64,000 bases of DNA from Eledone cirrhosa (taxonomy: Eukaryota): the NCBI GenBank assembly GCA_964016885.1, contig OZ024740.1:172112001-172176000 (forward strand), written 5' to 3'. Below, piece by piece: positions 27,172 through 41,664 of the stretch (position 1 is its first letter; every line of letters starts with the position of its first letter). A program made the translations under genes and the position numbers. The notes under the pieces are model-generated. The model was not told where the DNA came from, ran no database searches, and saw nothing but the letters and a program-made list of their open reading frames with translations.

Positions 27172-27350
27172 TTAAAGTCAAACACAATATAAACAGGGCT
27201 ATTAAGAGTAGGTTCACCAGGACAGAAAAATGCTATTTTTCATAATAATCCAGAGTTATTTCTTGAATTGGAACTAGTTTGATGGCTTCTCTTAATTCTG
27301 GGAGTTATATGAGGTGTGTAACTACTATCTGCTTCTGGTTTACTCTACAG

Positions 27351-27640
27351 CAGTGCTTCTCAAACTATCTGATGTGGTGGACCGGCATTTTTTTTTTCAA
27401 TGTGCCACGTACCGCTAATATTTCGTAGTAATATTAATTTATACCGGAAACGATATATATAATGAATATAATAATAGTTGACCATTTTTTTTATCTTCTA
27501 TTTATTTTGTAAACAAATAATACAATATCAAAACATATAAAAAAGTAGTAAAAAAAATTCCCCAAATGATTCCTTAGCATGGCCTGGACACTGGCCGCGT
27601 ACCGGCACCGGCCCGCGGACCACCACTTTGAGTAGCACTG
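27351..27640. mobile_element. hAT (Charlie-like) MITE inserted in an S1 SINE
   Basis: TIRs CAGTGCTTCTCAAA / TTTGAGTAGCACTG; perfect 8-bp TSD CTCTACAG. Confidence 0.9.
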
Positions 27641-27791
27641 CTCTACAGCGCTCTGAGTTCAAATCTCTACGGTTAACTTTGTTTTTTATCCTTCTGGGGT
27701 CGATATAATCAATTTTCCCATTCCCTCAAAATTGGTAGCACTGTGCTTATAAATCGAACCAGAAAAACAGTGAGAAAGTTCAACTTATATA

Positions 27792-27857
<66 letters not shown>

Positions 27858-28115
27858 GACACCATATATATTTCCGTGGGTACCTAGTACCTACTGGGAT
27901 ATCTATATCATTTATCTAATTTTCCTTAATGTAGAGAAAAAAATGCTGTATCGTGCTGCTATTTCTAGCAGCATGAAATATCAGCGAGTCTATAATTCCC
28001 GGTATTTCTAACGGTCCAATAAGTGTGTGGGTCATTTTAACGGCTTTATTCATTCACTGGACAGAGGGTGATATATCTACATCTATACGGACTTATGTCT
28101 AGTAGATTTGGAAAA

Positions 28116-28195
28116 GCTATCTGAAGAGCTATATCTTTCCATTGGAAATTCTCTGAATTTCCAATCTTTTGATAAGCGAAACCGTCGGTCATGGC
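28116..28195 (+). ncRNA. Type I hammerhead with extended stem II
   Basis: GCTAT-CTGAAGA-GCT..(ATTGGAAATTC-TCT-GAATTTCCAAT)..AGC-GAA-ACCG-T-CGGT-C-ATGGC. Confidence 0.85.
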
Positions 28196-28265
28196 ACTAG
28201 AAGAGGTAAATATTTAAATCGTATTTTAATTTATTTAAAAGATTGTTTAATGTTTACTTGTTCCG

Positions 28266-28310
<45 letters not shown>

Positions 28311-28830
28311 GAAAAAACGAGGAAGTTTCGTTTATATATGAAAAATATTTATTGCGTATCGACCGGTTACGCGCGTTTCGCAGAGGATTGGATCAAGGTG
28401 ACCCATAGGAGTTCGTGCAATTGTTCTCCACGCTCCACATACGTATGACGTATTATCTTCGTTTTTTTCGTTTATTGCCAGAGAACGTCTCTATGAACCA
28501 CCTAAGAGAACATTAGTCAACGACTTCTTTTATACCATAAACGTGGTTCTGTCTTTGCGCGTAATTATTTTTCAGCGCTCCTATTAATGACGTATTATAT
28601 TCGTTTTTTCCCGTTCTTTGCCAGGGAACGTTTCCACGAACCAAAGTATCGTATTCCTGTCTTCCTCCGGTTGCAATGTTTTTTGAAATATCCACTTCTG
28701 CGTTTACAGATTAACTTTGTTAGTTTCAGAAGATCCCGTTAAGGGTGAAAGCAGCGATTCTTTGCTTAAACTTTAATCTGTTATTTTAATAAATATATAT
28801 ATATACATATATACATATATATATACACAA

Positions 28831-28992
<162 letters not shown>

Positions 28993-29121
28993 ACTATATA
29001 TATATATATATATATGTGATCTCTATAGGACAAACTGTATTTTATTCGTTCGAAAACATCAACAAAATTTGTCTTCCCTGGTGATTTCAAACTAATGAAA
29101 CTGTCATTTCTTTATGAAATA

Positions 29122-29226
29122 CTAGCTGAGGTACCCGGCTTCGGCCGGGAGAACAGTTATGAGAAGACGGATAAAAGAGAAAACGACTGTATTGGATGTG
29201 TTGCCTGGTATGAGGTGAGACCGTAA

Positions 29227-29257
<31 letters not shown>

Positions 29258-29600
29258 CATAAACAAAACAAGCATAACACTTTCTTATTAGGCTGGGGGA
29301 GTAAACTGTCGATTAAATGGTAGCATTGGCCTTGGATTTTAAATGCTGTCAAATAGCAATAGTCAGTTTGCTCTTTTTAAAAGGACGTCATCTGAAACAC
29401 AGCAATCTACCGCATAACATTGCTTCTGAAGTATTGCTTCGTTAGTACGGTCTGTAAGTAGAATATGGATAAAAGTTGGAGGGTAGATTAATTTCAAATA
29501 GTATCAACTTTTCTTGGTTCTGTAAAATCAAAGACTGTAAAATGACTTTATAAAAGCTAACGCAATATCGTTAAACCTTCAACTGATATTTTGTGGGACG

Positions 29601-29697
<97 letters not shown>

Positions 29698-29823
29698 TTC
29701 TCTCTCTCTCTTTCTGAATATCTAACACATTAATTGATTCTCTCTCTGTATAACGGCCTATCTCTCTTTTTCTGCCTCTCACTCTGTGTCTCTCTCTCTT
29801 TAGATGTGTGTGTATGTATTTAT

Positions 29824-29863
<40 letters not shown>

Positions 29864-29933
29864 TTTTCGTGTGATTCAACCAGCCAACCAACCAACCAAC
29901 CAATAAACATTTTTCTTTTATATTATATATTGA
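29122..29933 (-). mobile_element. Internally deleted Helitron retaining a RepHel fragment
   Basis: A|TCAATATATAATATAAAAG start; CCCGGCCGAAGCCGGG..CTAG|T end; peptides VFQMTSF and TAFKIQGQCYHLIDSLLP. Confidence 0.8.
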
Positions 29934-30261
29934 TATATGCATCGTCTTTACTAATGTATTGAATAGTTTATTTAACTGTGATTTTCTTCCATACCTCATC
30001 TTAAAACTATTCTTAATTAATTCTGTGTATTTGTGAGATGTGCGTGACGTGTGTGGTGATTCTGGTGTATGTGTGTACTTGTGCCCGTGTATGTGTGGGC
30101 GCGTGTGTGTGTATTTGCGTGCACAGCTATGTTTATAAATGTTTATGAAATGATATATATATTAATATTCATATATGCATACTCACACATGTGGTTGTGC
30201 GCATGTGCGTATATCCGTACGTATAAATGTATAAGTGTATGTGTATGTGTATATATATATA

Positions 30262-30296
<35 letters not shown>

Positions 30297-30300
<4 letters not shown>

Positions 30301-31428
30301 AATATATAAGGGAGAGAATTGGGAGTGTGTAACACTCCACTTATCAAATAGGCAGTATATGGTTAGCTCAATGTCAGAGGACAGAGCCGTAATACAATTA
30401 ACAACAAAGAGCGCTTAGAACATAGGTATATCTTTAATTGCTAACAGTGTTTCGTCCACACTAGAAGTGGGACTCTTCAGAGCATAAAGAGTAAATACAT
30501 AGTATGCAAGCATTGACAAAGCCAAAACAGAAGAATATATGTGGGGATACCATAAGTTGGGGGGAGTTTAAAGAGTAAAGTAAAAGGAGTAAAATAAGAA
30601 AAGAGTAAAATAAAAATAAAAATAAAAATAAATATAAAAATAAAAATAAAAATAAAAATAAAAATAAAAATAAAAAATAAGAAATGTTATCACTCACGGT
30701 TGGGCAGGGTTCCGTAAACATACAGCTACATACAAGTATACGCATAAGCATGAGCACCCGCATGCACCTACACACAAGCACCCGTATGCAACACATACAG
30801 TATACACTAATACAAATAACATATCATAGACGGATGGGCACAAGTTAAGAGATAGAGATAGATAAAAAATAGATAAGAGGTAGATAAAAAATAAAAAATA
30901 AAAAATAAAAAATAAAAAATAAAAAATAAAAAATAAAAAATAAAAAATAAAAAATAAAAAATAAAAAATAAAAAATAAAAAATAAAAAATAAAAAATAAA
31001 AAATAAAAAATAAAAAATAAAAAATAAAAAATAGATAAAAAATAGATAAGAAATAGATAAAAAATAGATTAAAAATAGATAAAAGATAAAAAATAAAATA
31101 AAATAAAATAAAGTAAAGTAAAATATACACCAGAAGATAAATAAAACAATACACCAAAAAAATGGAGTAAAATATACACCATAAAGGAAGGTGTGTGTAA
31201 AGATAAGACTGGCAAATGCATAAGCTATCAAGTTATGTTCAACAAGTGATATACGTACAATATATAAAATATACAAAAATATATACAAAAATATATATAA
31301 AAAATATATATATAAAAGAGACGTTTACATAAGGATATATATATATATATATATACACATATCAGTCCAAGTAATGCATATTTATAAAAATGTAACTGGG
31401 GGTAAAAAGATGTAATAAGGGTAATCAA
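30297..31428 (-). repeat. PLE 3' pseudo-LTR
   Basis: Direct repeat of 35618-36744, with A-rich heptamer/decamer tracts differing in length. Confidence 0.9.
30432..30489 (-). ncRNA. PLE pLTR minimal hammerhead
   Basis: CTTTA-TGCT-CTGAAGA-GTCC..GGAC-GAA-AC-ACT-GT-T-AGCA-AT-TAAAG. Confidence 0.8.
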
Positions 31429-33082
31429 GATGGTAATTATTAGGGCATGTAATAATAATATTATTATAGAAATCCTAAGGTGACACTAGTGTTGACTCAT
31501 GGTGATATATGGAATATATCAGGAGCACACGAACGCCTTAGGTGTTGCAGTTAGCCGCAGTTCAACAATAGAGTGTTAGAATGAGATTTTTTATTTTTTA
31601 TTTTTTATGAACAAATGCTATGTCCGCACTAGATTGAGTGGACCATTACAATGCAATGGAAACATCCCATGTTGGACAGTCCCAAAAGTTCACACTCCAA
31701 AGTTCAATCCACAGGTGTGCATTCATAGAGTTGAGCACTCAGGCAAGAATTAATTGGTTAACAAGGTGTATCCGTATCACAAGCAGGAGCATATGCTGGG
31801 AAGGTTGCAGGCAAATTCATATACAGCAGCACGAACATCAAGAGGCAAATAACTGAGGCGCATATTAGTGAGCAGAAGCAGGCAAGTGCAGGTGGTAAAA
31901 CACAGTCAGGTGAAGCAGGTTATTATGCATACCATTTAATATAAGAAAACTCAACAACGTGCATAACAAATAGCTTCCAAAGCCGATAACCACAAAATCA
32001 CAACATTGAGCAACAATCCGGCATCGCAAGAATGTATGGAACATTAGGGTTAGTCCAGAGACAGTATATGTATACTTATACATACACACATACACTCAAA
32101 CATGTATATACAGAGACAGTATACATACACATATATACAGAGACAGTATATATATATATATATATACACATACACGTATATACACATAAATATATACATA
32201 CACACACACACACACACCGCACCGGACACCCAAATCTACGCGGATATATTACACAAAATATCTTACCCAGCTAACAAAAGTCAAAAACCCATAACAGTTG
32301 CCCTCACTGGTCGCAGATAATGTAGTTTCACAGTAAATTAGCCAGAGTAATCACGATTAATATTCAAAATAAAACCCTATGAGGAGATGCGTATTCACAC
32401 GTGTAGTCACCAGATTCAAGTATAAACAAACCGTTAATAAATACGGAAGGCTATCGGGGCCAAGACGTTATTCTTGGGAGAATAACACAGAGCGTCAATC
32501 TATGGAAGGCCAACTATGCTAAAAATACAACACCGGGCAAAAACACCCCAAAGTCAGCATGTAGACTGTGAACCGCAGAATAGGAGGGTAACACATACAT
32601 GTACTCCATATCTACTGCCCACGGCGAGATGGCACAGGTCAGCTCACAGTGACTGGCTAAATCTCCGTCCCATATGGGCACAGGCCCATTGGTTCACTCC
32701 GAGTCAACAAGGTAATTTAAATAAACTAAAATAAGATAAAATGCGAGGGGCAGGTTAAATATAATCAATTGTACACACTCTACATAGATGTATTACATCA
32801 CAACTCATGAGCATACAAAGGTACAAATCCATACAATACACGTTGGGATAGACCCACCAATGCACAAACACACACACGGTGGCTGGGCAAGTATGGAAGG
32901 GTCACATCCACTGTACGGAACAAGGGTGCTTATTAACATATACACCAACTCACGTATACACCTCGATATCCAAATTCCATATTCACATGCAGGCATACAT
33001 ATACACACAGACACATATACAAACAAGACAAACAATAGGAGACAATTACACTAGATTACCCAACTGGAGAATTCTGAAAGTG

Positions 33083-33840
33083 CTAGCTAATAGGCTTAAA
33101 GTAAAAGAAAGAGCTTAATATCCGGTGGGGGCAAGAGGAAAACATTTCTGACTTTCTATTTAGTAGGGAGCACTTGGCAAATATAATAGAGTGGGATTCC
33201 GTAAGGCATAGGTTACATACTCTATTATGAGGAGTATATGGATGGGATTTAGCAACTTGCCGCCAAGTGAGGGTGTACTGTGTTCGTGCATTTTTTAAAT
33301 TGTGGACGTGCGCTGCCAAGGAGGTAGAATTCTTCAGTTTATTATGTCTAAATGTACACTGGTGGGAGTTAAATCTGGTTTTAAAAGGGGTGCAAGTTGA
33401 TCCAATATAAGTTTTAGTGGACGCAGTAGTTACCACATCACACGCATAAACTGTTTCTAGTAAGGCAGAAACCATTCAGGGGGCAGCCCGAAGCCCTTCT
33501 ACAGTTACAATTTCTGGTGATGCTATTATCTAAATGATCACCAGCTTGCTGACCACGGGTGTTCAGGCTACCTCTGTCGACTCCAATGTTTTCCCCTAGG
33601 CGTAAGGTGTCGAGGCCTTCCTTAATTTTCTTATTATTGGTATTGGCTAGATGAGAGGCCAGATTTTGGGTTGTAGAATACGAGAGTTTAACCACATTCT
33701 TATTGAGGATAGAATGGTACCTATTACCAGGAGGGAAGTTCCCTTCTAACACAGAGAAGAAGGCCCTAGGAATATTCGTAGCCACTTCGGAGTTAAATGG
33801 GGGGTTAAAATATGTATTCAATCTTCTTCTATTCTTTTTA

Positions 33841-33895
<55 letters not shown>

Positions 33896-35592
33896 TATTA
33901 TTATTATTATTATTAATTCCATTGCTAAGGTTACTATGTTCACCTAATCTATGCGGGGAGCTAAGAGGCCTACCATTACTGTTACTTAGTCCATTGGTAC
34001 TCTGTTGGTGCATTTTACCGGCATTCAAAACCCTCATGTTCGAAACACCTCTATTACCAATGGACATATTATGTGTTATAACAACACTGGTAGAGCTACT
34101 ATTTGGACTATTATTTCCCTGGGCATAATGTAATTTGTCCCTAAAGCCGGATCTAGCTAAGGCATCATTATAATAATCAGCCTGCGAGTTAAACGCCTCT
34201 TCACTATGTGAGAGTGAACTTATTCTGTTAGAGACCCCCTTCAATATACCACTGATGACCGACTTAGGGTGGTTGGAGTTAGTATTCACATAAGTCGGCA
34301 ATTCATTAGGCTTATGGTACGGTGTGTACGTATGGTTACCTAAGTCCAATGTAACATCAAGGAAGTTGACAGTCCTATCATTTATATCCATAGTAATGGA
34401 CAGATTGAAGGTTTTAAAGAATTTATACAGCTTTTTCCTAATGCGCACTATATTATACTTGCTAGCATCTATGGAGAGTAGGGCATCATCACGGTACAAC
34501 CCACCCCTAAGGGAATGGGAAGTTACTATGTAGTTCAGTAAGGAGGTAGAGCCCAACTAAGTCGGTGACCTGAGCAGAATCACTTGACCCCATAGTAATG
34601 TCAAAATTATCCGGTGTGTTTTTTCTCGTCCATAAATTATCCTCAAACATAATGATGGTTTTACGTGCAGCGAGAACGATATCTATCTGTGGCCGTTAAA
34701 TTACCCCTCTCTGCATGGCTAGGATAAGGGCCTTATTGAAGATGATAGGAGATATAGATGTATAATAAGCATCAATATCAAATTGGATAAACCTAAGCGA
34801 ATCACGCCCACAATCCGTAGAAAACCACCTAATGACTTCACTAGTATTACCCCAAAGCTCAAGGAATGTTTTTTCTTTAACCAGGGGAATTACGCTATCT
34901 AAGATTCTCTTACTTATAATCCCCAAATCAGACTTGGAGGGGCAGATAAGCCTAACTGAGGGGCTACTAATAAAGTTTTCCTTATGGTCCTTAAGGGTGA
35001 ATCTAGGCTGTTTGGGGTAATATGGTTGAGTGTGTTTATCTAGACCTAATTTTACTACTATGTTATACCCCTCTAGATTAATATTATCTAAATTACTCTG
35101 CGTTGTTTTTTTGTAGTTCCTATGTAGTTCATTATAAATGAAGCCACGATAAGTTTTATAATCCATACTATACAGGTTTTTAGTTTTGTCGGAAGGGACC
35201 AGAATAGATTTATTATCCATAAAGTCCTTAACGATAGAACCGAGTTTACTCTGAAACTTATTGGTACATCTAGATTTTTTATACCTAATATTCCCGACAA
35301 GGGATAACAGCTCACTTTCGAAATTATCCAATAGGCTATTGTGTGGGGGGCTCCTATATGTCTTAAAGCCATAATTATTAAAACTACACTTATCATCAGG
35401 GTTATCATACTTCTTATCAAAATGGAACGCACGCCACCGAACACGTTTTACAAAGGAATTTATGCTAGTTATAAGCAATTTCTCATATGAAACTTTAGAA
35501 GGGGTGGGAATATTCTTCAAAGAAATGGGTAAGTATGTCTTTGTTAGCATACTGCCTGATGATATACAAGAATATAAATTCACGTATATCAA
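33083..35592 (-). pseudogene. PLE reverse transcriptase / GIY-YIG endonuclease, disrupted
   Basis: Motifs KNIPTPS, VPSDKTKNLY, FIQFDIDAYY, FDITMGSSDSAQVTDLVGLY, GLYRDD, NFLDVTLDL, CNCx5CPLNGxC, VYxC..YIGST..FKTRFNSH, CNLCLTE. Stop at 34696; frameshifts at about 34590, 34515 and 33460. Confidence 0.93.
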
Positions 35593-35617
35593 AGTTGAAG
35601 CTCAACCAGTGGGAGCC

Positions 35618-36744
35618 GTATAATATATAAGGGAGAGAATTGGGAGTGTGTAACACTCCACTTATCAAATAGGCAGTATATGGTTAGCTCAATGTCAGAG
35701 GACAGAGCCGTAATACAATTAACAACAAAGAGCGCTTAGAACATAAGTATATCTTTAATTGCTAACAGTGTTTCGTCCACACTAGAAGTGGCACTCTTCA
35801 GAGCATAAAGAGTAAATACATAATATACAAGCATTGACAAAGCCAAAACAGAAGAATATATGTGGGGATACCATAAGTTGGGAGGAGTTTAAAGAGTAAA
35901 GTAAAAGGAGTAAAATAAGAAAAGAGTAAAATAAAAATTAAAATTAAAAAAAAAAAAAAAAAAAAAAAAGAAATGTTATCACTCACAGTTGGGCAGGGTT
36001 CCGTTAACATACAGCTACATGCAAGTATACGCATAAGCATGAGCACCCGCATGCACCTACACACAAGCACCCGTATGCAACACATACAGTATACACTAAT
36101 ACAAATAACATATCATAGACGGATGGGCACAAGTTAAGAGATAAAGATAGATAAAAAATAGATAAGAGGTAGATAAAAAATAGATAAAAAATAGATAAAA
36201 AATAGATAAAAAATAGATAAAAAATAGAAAAAAAATAGATAAAAATAAAAACATAAAAAAAATAAAAAAAAAATAATAATAATAATAAAAAAAATAAATA
36301 AATAAATAAATAAATAAAAATAAAAAAAAATAGATAAAAAAATAGATAAAAATAGATAAAAAATAGATAAGAAATAGATAAAAAATAGATAACAAATAGA
36401 TAAAAGATAAAAAATAAAATAAAATAAAATAAAATAAAGTAAAGTAAAATATACACCAGAAGATAAATAAAACTACACCAAAAAAAATGGAGTAAAATAT
36501 ACACCATAAAGGAAGGTGTGGGTAAAGATAAGACCGGCAAATGCATAAGCTATCAAGCTATGTTCAACAAGTGATATACGTACAATATATAAAACATACA
36601 AAAATATATACAAAAATATATATAAAAAATATATATAAAAGAGACGTATACATAAGGATATATATATATATACACATATCAGTCCAAGTAATGCATATTT
36701 ATAAAAATGTAACTGGGGGTAAAAAGATGTAATAAGGGTAATCA
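35618..36744 (-). repeat. PLE 5' pseudo-LTR
   Basis: Direct repeat of 30297-31428, ending just upstream of the ORF. Confidence 0.9.
35760..35805 (-). ncRNA. PLE pLTR hammerhead (stem II variant)
   Basis: Same as the 30439-30484 core except GTGC replaces GTCC in stem II. Confidence 0.7.
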
Positions 36745-37062
36745 ATATGTAATAATCAATATGTAATAATCAATATGTAATAATCAATATGTAATAAGGG
36801 TAATCAATATGTAAATATCTTTAAGTCGTTTGGAAGCCTCGACAATGCAAATGGGTAAATCTCCGGGTAACAAGGTCCGGTGGTGGAGAGAGAGATGTAA
36901 GTGGGTGTATGTTGAGATGCGTGGTGGGTATAAAATGTGTGAGATGTGTAGAATGAAGGGAAGAGTATAAAGGATAAAATTAAAATAACAACACAAGAGA
37001 GAGTTACCTTGGGAGAGATTTAATAGTCCCTATATATTTCGGATTCACATCCATCAATTGGG

Positions 37063-37065
<3 letters not shown>

Positions 37066-37136
<71 letters not shown>

Positions 37137-37234
37137 TACACATACACATACACTTATACAGCAGTATATCTATAAATTATAATAAACGAAGCCAAATTTT
37201 ACATATTTGACTTAATTATTATATATATATTAAT

Positions 37235-37325
<91 letters not shown>

Positions 37326-37351
37326 CGTATATATATATACATACATGCACA

Positions 37352-37407
<56 letters not shown>

Positions 37408-37509
37408 TGTGCATGTATGTATATATATATACACACATGCATATGTATATATATATATATATATACATGCATATGTGTGTGGGTATATATACATATATTT
37501 ATATATATA

Positions 37510-37559
<50 letters not shown>

Positions 37560-37579
37560 TGTGTGTATATATATACATA

Positions 37580-37665
<86 letters not shown>

Positions 37666-37689
37666 TGTGTGTATATATATACATATATT

Positions 37690-37721
<32 letters not shown>

Positions 37722-37743
37722 AGTGTGTGTATATATATACATA

Positions 37744-37811
<68 letters not shown>

Positions 37812-38012
37812 TATGTATATATATACACACATCCTGATGTCTTCCAAAAGTAACGGTCGCATTTTGAAAGGATACGTCAATGTTTATTTATAAAACTGGT
37901 ATATGTTGTATTTTGTCTGATGAAGCCATACCATAATTTAACATGGTATCCTTGAAATATGTATAATGAAATAAATATGGTTTTATAAATATAGTTTCCA
38001 TTTATTAATATC

Positions 38013-38059
<47 letters not shown>

Positions 38060-38129
38060 TATATATGTGTGTGTATATATATACATATATTTATATATAT
38101 ATATATATATATATCTATATATGTGTGTG

Positions 38130-38195
<66 letters not shown>

Positions 38196-38209
38196 TATAT
38201 ATGTGTGTG

Positions 38210-38285
<76 letters not shown>
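37066..38285. repeat. Compound (TA)n microsatellite field
   Basis: Directly visible; unique island at about 37830-38012. Confidence 0.9.
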
Positions 38286-38294
<9 letters not shown>

Positions 38295-39835
38295 TTTTTA
38301 TCAAAACCTCTGTTTATCTGTGGTTATATTTATATCATGATCTTCAACAGAAGAGACCAACCCATTCTTCTATAGAAAACCCAGCGTGAGAGATTTTCAC
38401 AAAACAGCAAATGGGTGGATACTTTTTCAGAAATAAAGATTTACGTGGGAATAATAACTCGCAAAGAACTTAGGATGGGCTATTTCTTTGATTACGCATG
38501 GACCCTCTCTAGGGGTATCAAGCACTTTTGTTGTTGACGTTTATTTTAAAATTAAGGGTCACATAATTTCTGAAGCAGCCTCTTCACAAACTAATCGACA
38601 ACGAGGGAGCTTCTACGTTGTAAATCAATATGCTAGACATAGCAGTCAAATCTTTATCTCGCACCTTGTCCTCTTAGAAATGGAAAGCTCAATGAACAAT
38701 GAAATCTTAGGTATCTAACGAAACGGAATGATAATGATTCTATCTCCTCTGATCATAATTTCTCTCGAACAACAAGTCTTCAACAGGATTTCTTTAGAAA
38801 ACGACGGCAGATGTCAGCAGTATTGGGAAGTTATTTTAACCACAACATTTTATTTCCAATTGCTGTCATCTCGACATACAGCGTCATGAACACACATCCA
38901 CATGAACATATCTACCAATTTACTTACACACACGCACACATACATATCCTGTCTCATGTGCATTCCTTCATATGTATGTACGTACGTATTTACTTACGTA
39001 CTTTGTTACTTAAAACAAATAGATTTCCTTAGTTTATGACGATACATATTTAGTTATTCAATCAATTAAACTATGTTATTATTGGACTTGTATAATAGAG
39101 AGGGTGGCATGGAATGGAGAGAGAAAGTGACAGAATGAGAGAAACCAAGAAAGGGATAGATAGAGGTAGAGAAAGAGGGGGAGAGAGCGTGAGAGAGAGA
39201 GAGAGAGAGAAGAAACTGTGATTTCATTCCGTTCCAATTATTATCATATGTATGTATTTAACCGGTGAATTGGCAAAGTTGCTATTCGTTCTGGATCTCT
39301 GCTCTCTGAGTTCAAATCCCGTCGAGGTCAACTTTGTCTTTCATCCATTCGAGGTCGATAAAAAAGGTACTAGTCTAGTACTGGGGTCGATTATTCCTCC
39401 ATATCTCTTTTTTACTGCCATTCTCTCAGTCTCTCTATCTTTCTCAGGAAGAAATCTGCTGTATTCAGACCTGGAGAGGAGATGGGCTCCGCCAGGTATG
39501 AAACATGTACTAGAAATCCCGTATATGAATATGGCGTCCCTACGACTCACCCAGGTATTACAGGACCATGTGTAAGTGTGTGTGTGTGTGTGTGTGTGAA
39601 AACATATATAATAGGTTTATATAAATAAACATAAAGGGCAGCCGCGCTGCCAAAGAAAAATATTTCTTCGTAACGAAACGAAATGAAATGAAACGAAACG
39701 AAAAACAAAATATTTTTCTCGGTGAATATGTCACCAATTTACCAATATGGTCTGAGAATGTCGGACAGCGCTGTTTCAAGATTTGTTACTCTTTACATCA
39801 GTGACATTCACTCAAAACGTACTGGCACACACACA

Positions 39836-39913
<78 letters not shown>

Positions 39914-40506
39914 CACACTATTCATGTGTGCATGTGTGCATGTGTGCGTGTATGCGTGTGTTGATGCATAGCATATATGTGTAGTCATCTGTTCGCAAAA
40001 AAATCATCTATGTTGTCCTGTAAATCTTTTTAAACTACTCTCATAGGAAACTTATCTCCAGTCGAACTGCCAGTTTATGAATCTCACCAATCTCTCTCAT
40101 TTCATTGAATGCTTGCACCACACCAATACACCGTGTGTCATCAAGGTTCTCAGTATTTTCAGTATTTCGCATTTTTCTCACTGCACTTATACAATCAACT
40201 CTCTGTAACCTCCAGGTATTACCACTCCTATAAACATAATAATATCACTTTTATTTTTAGTTAATTTTCCCCTCACACGAACGTTATCTATACGCAGAAT
40301 CCTAGAAAACTTATACCGGATTTAGTAACACGCAGCTCATTAGAGTAGTGATTAACACACTCCCCTGGCATCCAAGGGGTGTGTCATTCAATTCCTAGCA
40401 AGCGCCTCTGTTCACGGTTTCTCCGTCACCAGGATTACTTTACCCAATTTTGTCAACTGATATTTATAAGGATCGATTATAATTATGGTTATTTTACACA
40501 CACACG

Positions 40507-40544
<38 letters not shown>

Positions 40545-40691
40545 AATATATATATAGTCCAGAAATAGCCGTCGAAACGGCTTGAGCTCTGCCGTCGGGG
40601 AACACTTTCTCCTATTATCCACTCTACTACCCTAAGTATTGAGTACTCTGGTGCGTTATGGTCCATCTGGTCCCTTACCACAACTCTTTCG

Positions 40692-40780
<89 letters not shown>

Positions 40781-40863
40781 CACGCTCACATACATAGAAA
40801 CAATAGAAAAAAGTCACATACACACGGACGGACACACTCACACAGAGATATACCCAAACATAA

Positions 40864-40932
<69 letters not shown>

Positions 40933-41619
40933 CATACACGCACACATACATACAAAAGCTTTCTTGTACAGATAATACAAAACCACCGACACAGACACAT
41001 ATACACACAAACGTACACACACATACATAGAAACAATAACAAAAAAATCACTTACACACACCTGCGTGTAGACACATCCACACACACTCAGTCGACTCGC
41101 ACGTGATAATGCATACACACACACAATCGTATATACTCACATACATAGAAACAACTGAAAACAGCCTCTCCACACACACACTCACACGTACACTCACACA
41201 CACACGCACACACACACAAAATAATAAAAATTCACAGACATACACACACATGCCAGTGTACACACACCAATTATGTAAGACTCTGAGACACCAACGTGGC
41301 CACACACACGGACTGAAGCCACGCGCATCCACCACATTCTTCCTTCTTTGGAACACATATAACCACACCCATGACACCCCTATACCCTCCACGTTGGCTC
41401 CCACCCAAGGCCGAACCTTTCGCTTACCTTCCCTTCCATATCTTTCTCCTCCCAACCTTCTTTTCCTAACTCCCTTTCCTAACCTTCAAACACTAGTCAT
41501 ACCTTTACCTGTTCGCTTCTTTTCCGAACCTTCTTCAAGAAAGACTCCCCCCCCCCAAGCGTGAACCTAATATAACTGTGTACTTTTACATTCCTGTGTT
41601 TGTTTTGTGTTTCATTTAT

Positions 41620-41664
<45 letters not shown>

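Larger units (their letters stand above)
30297..36744 (-). mobile_element. Penelope-like retroelement (EN+), partial tandem with pLTRs
   Basis: RT and GIY-YIG ORF remnants between direct repeats 30297-31428 and 35618-36744 (period 5321 bp). HHR in each repeat. 3' end in (TA)n. Confidence 0.93.

Noticed and set aside
28360-28410. GAAACGCGCGTA hammerhead half (minus)
   Set aside because: No matching CTGANGA or stem I found. The same applies at about 23735, 37035 and 44985.
33703-35020. Plus-strand ORFs over the PLE
   Set aside because: Antisense shadows of the RT frame.
30297-36744. LTR retrotransposon
   Set aside because: No gag, integrase, PBS or TG..CA ends; the RT, GIY-YIG and HHR indicate a PLE.
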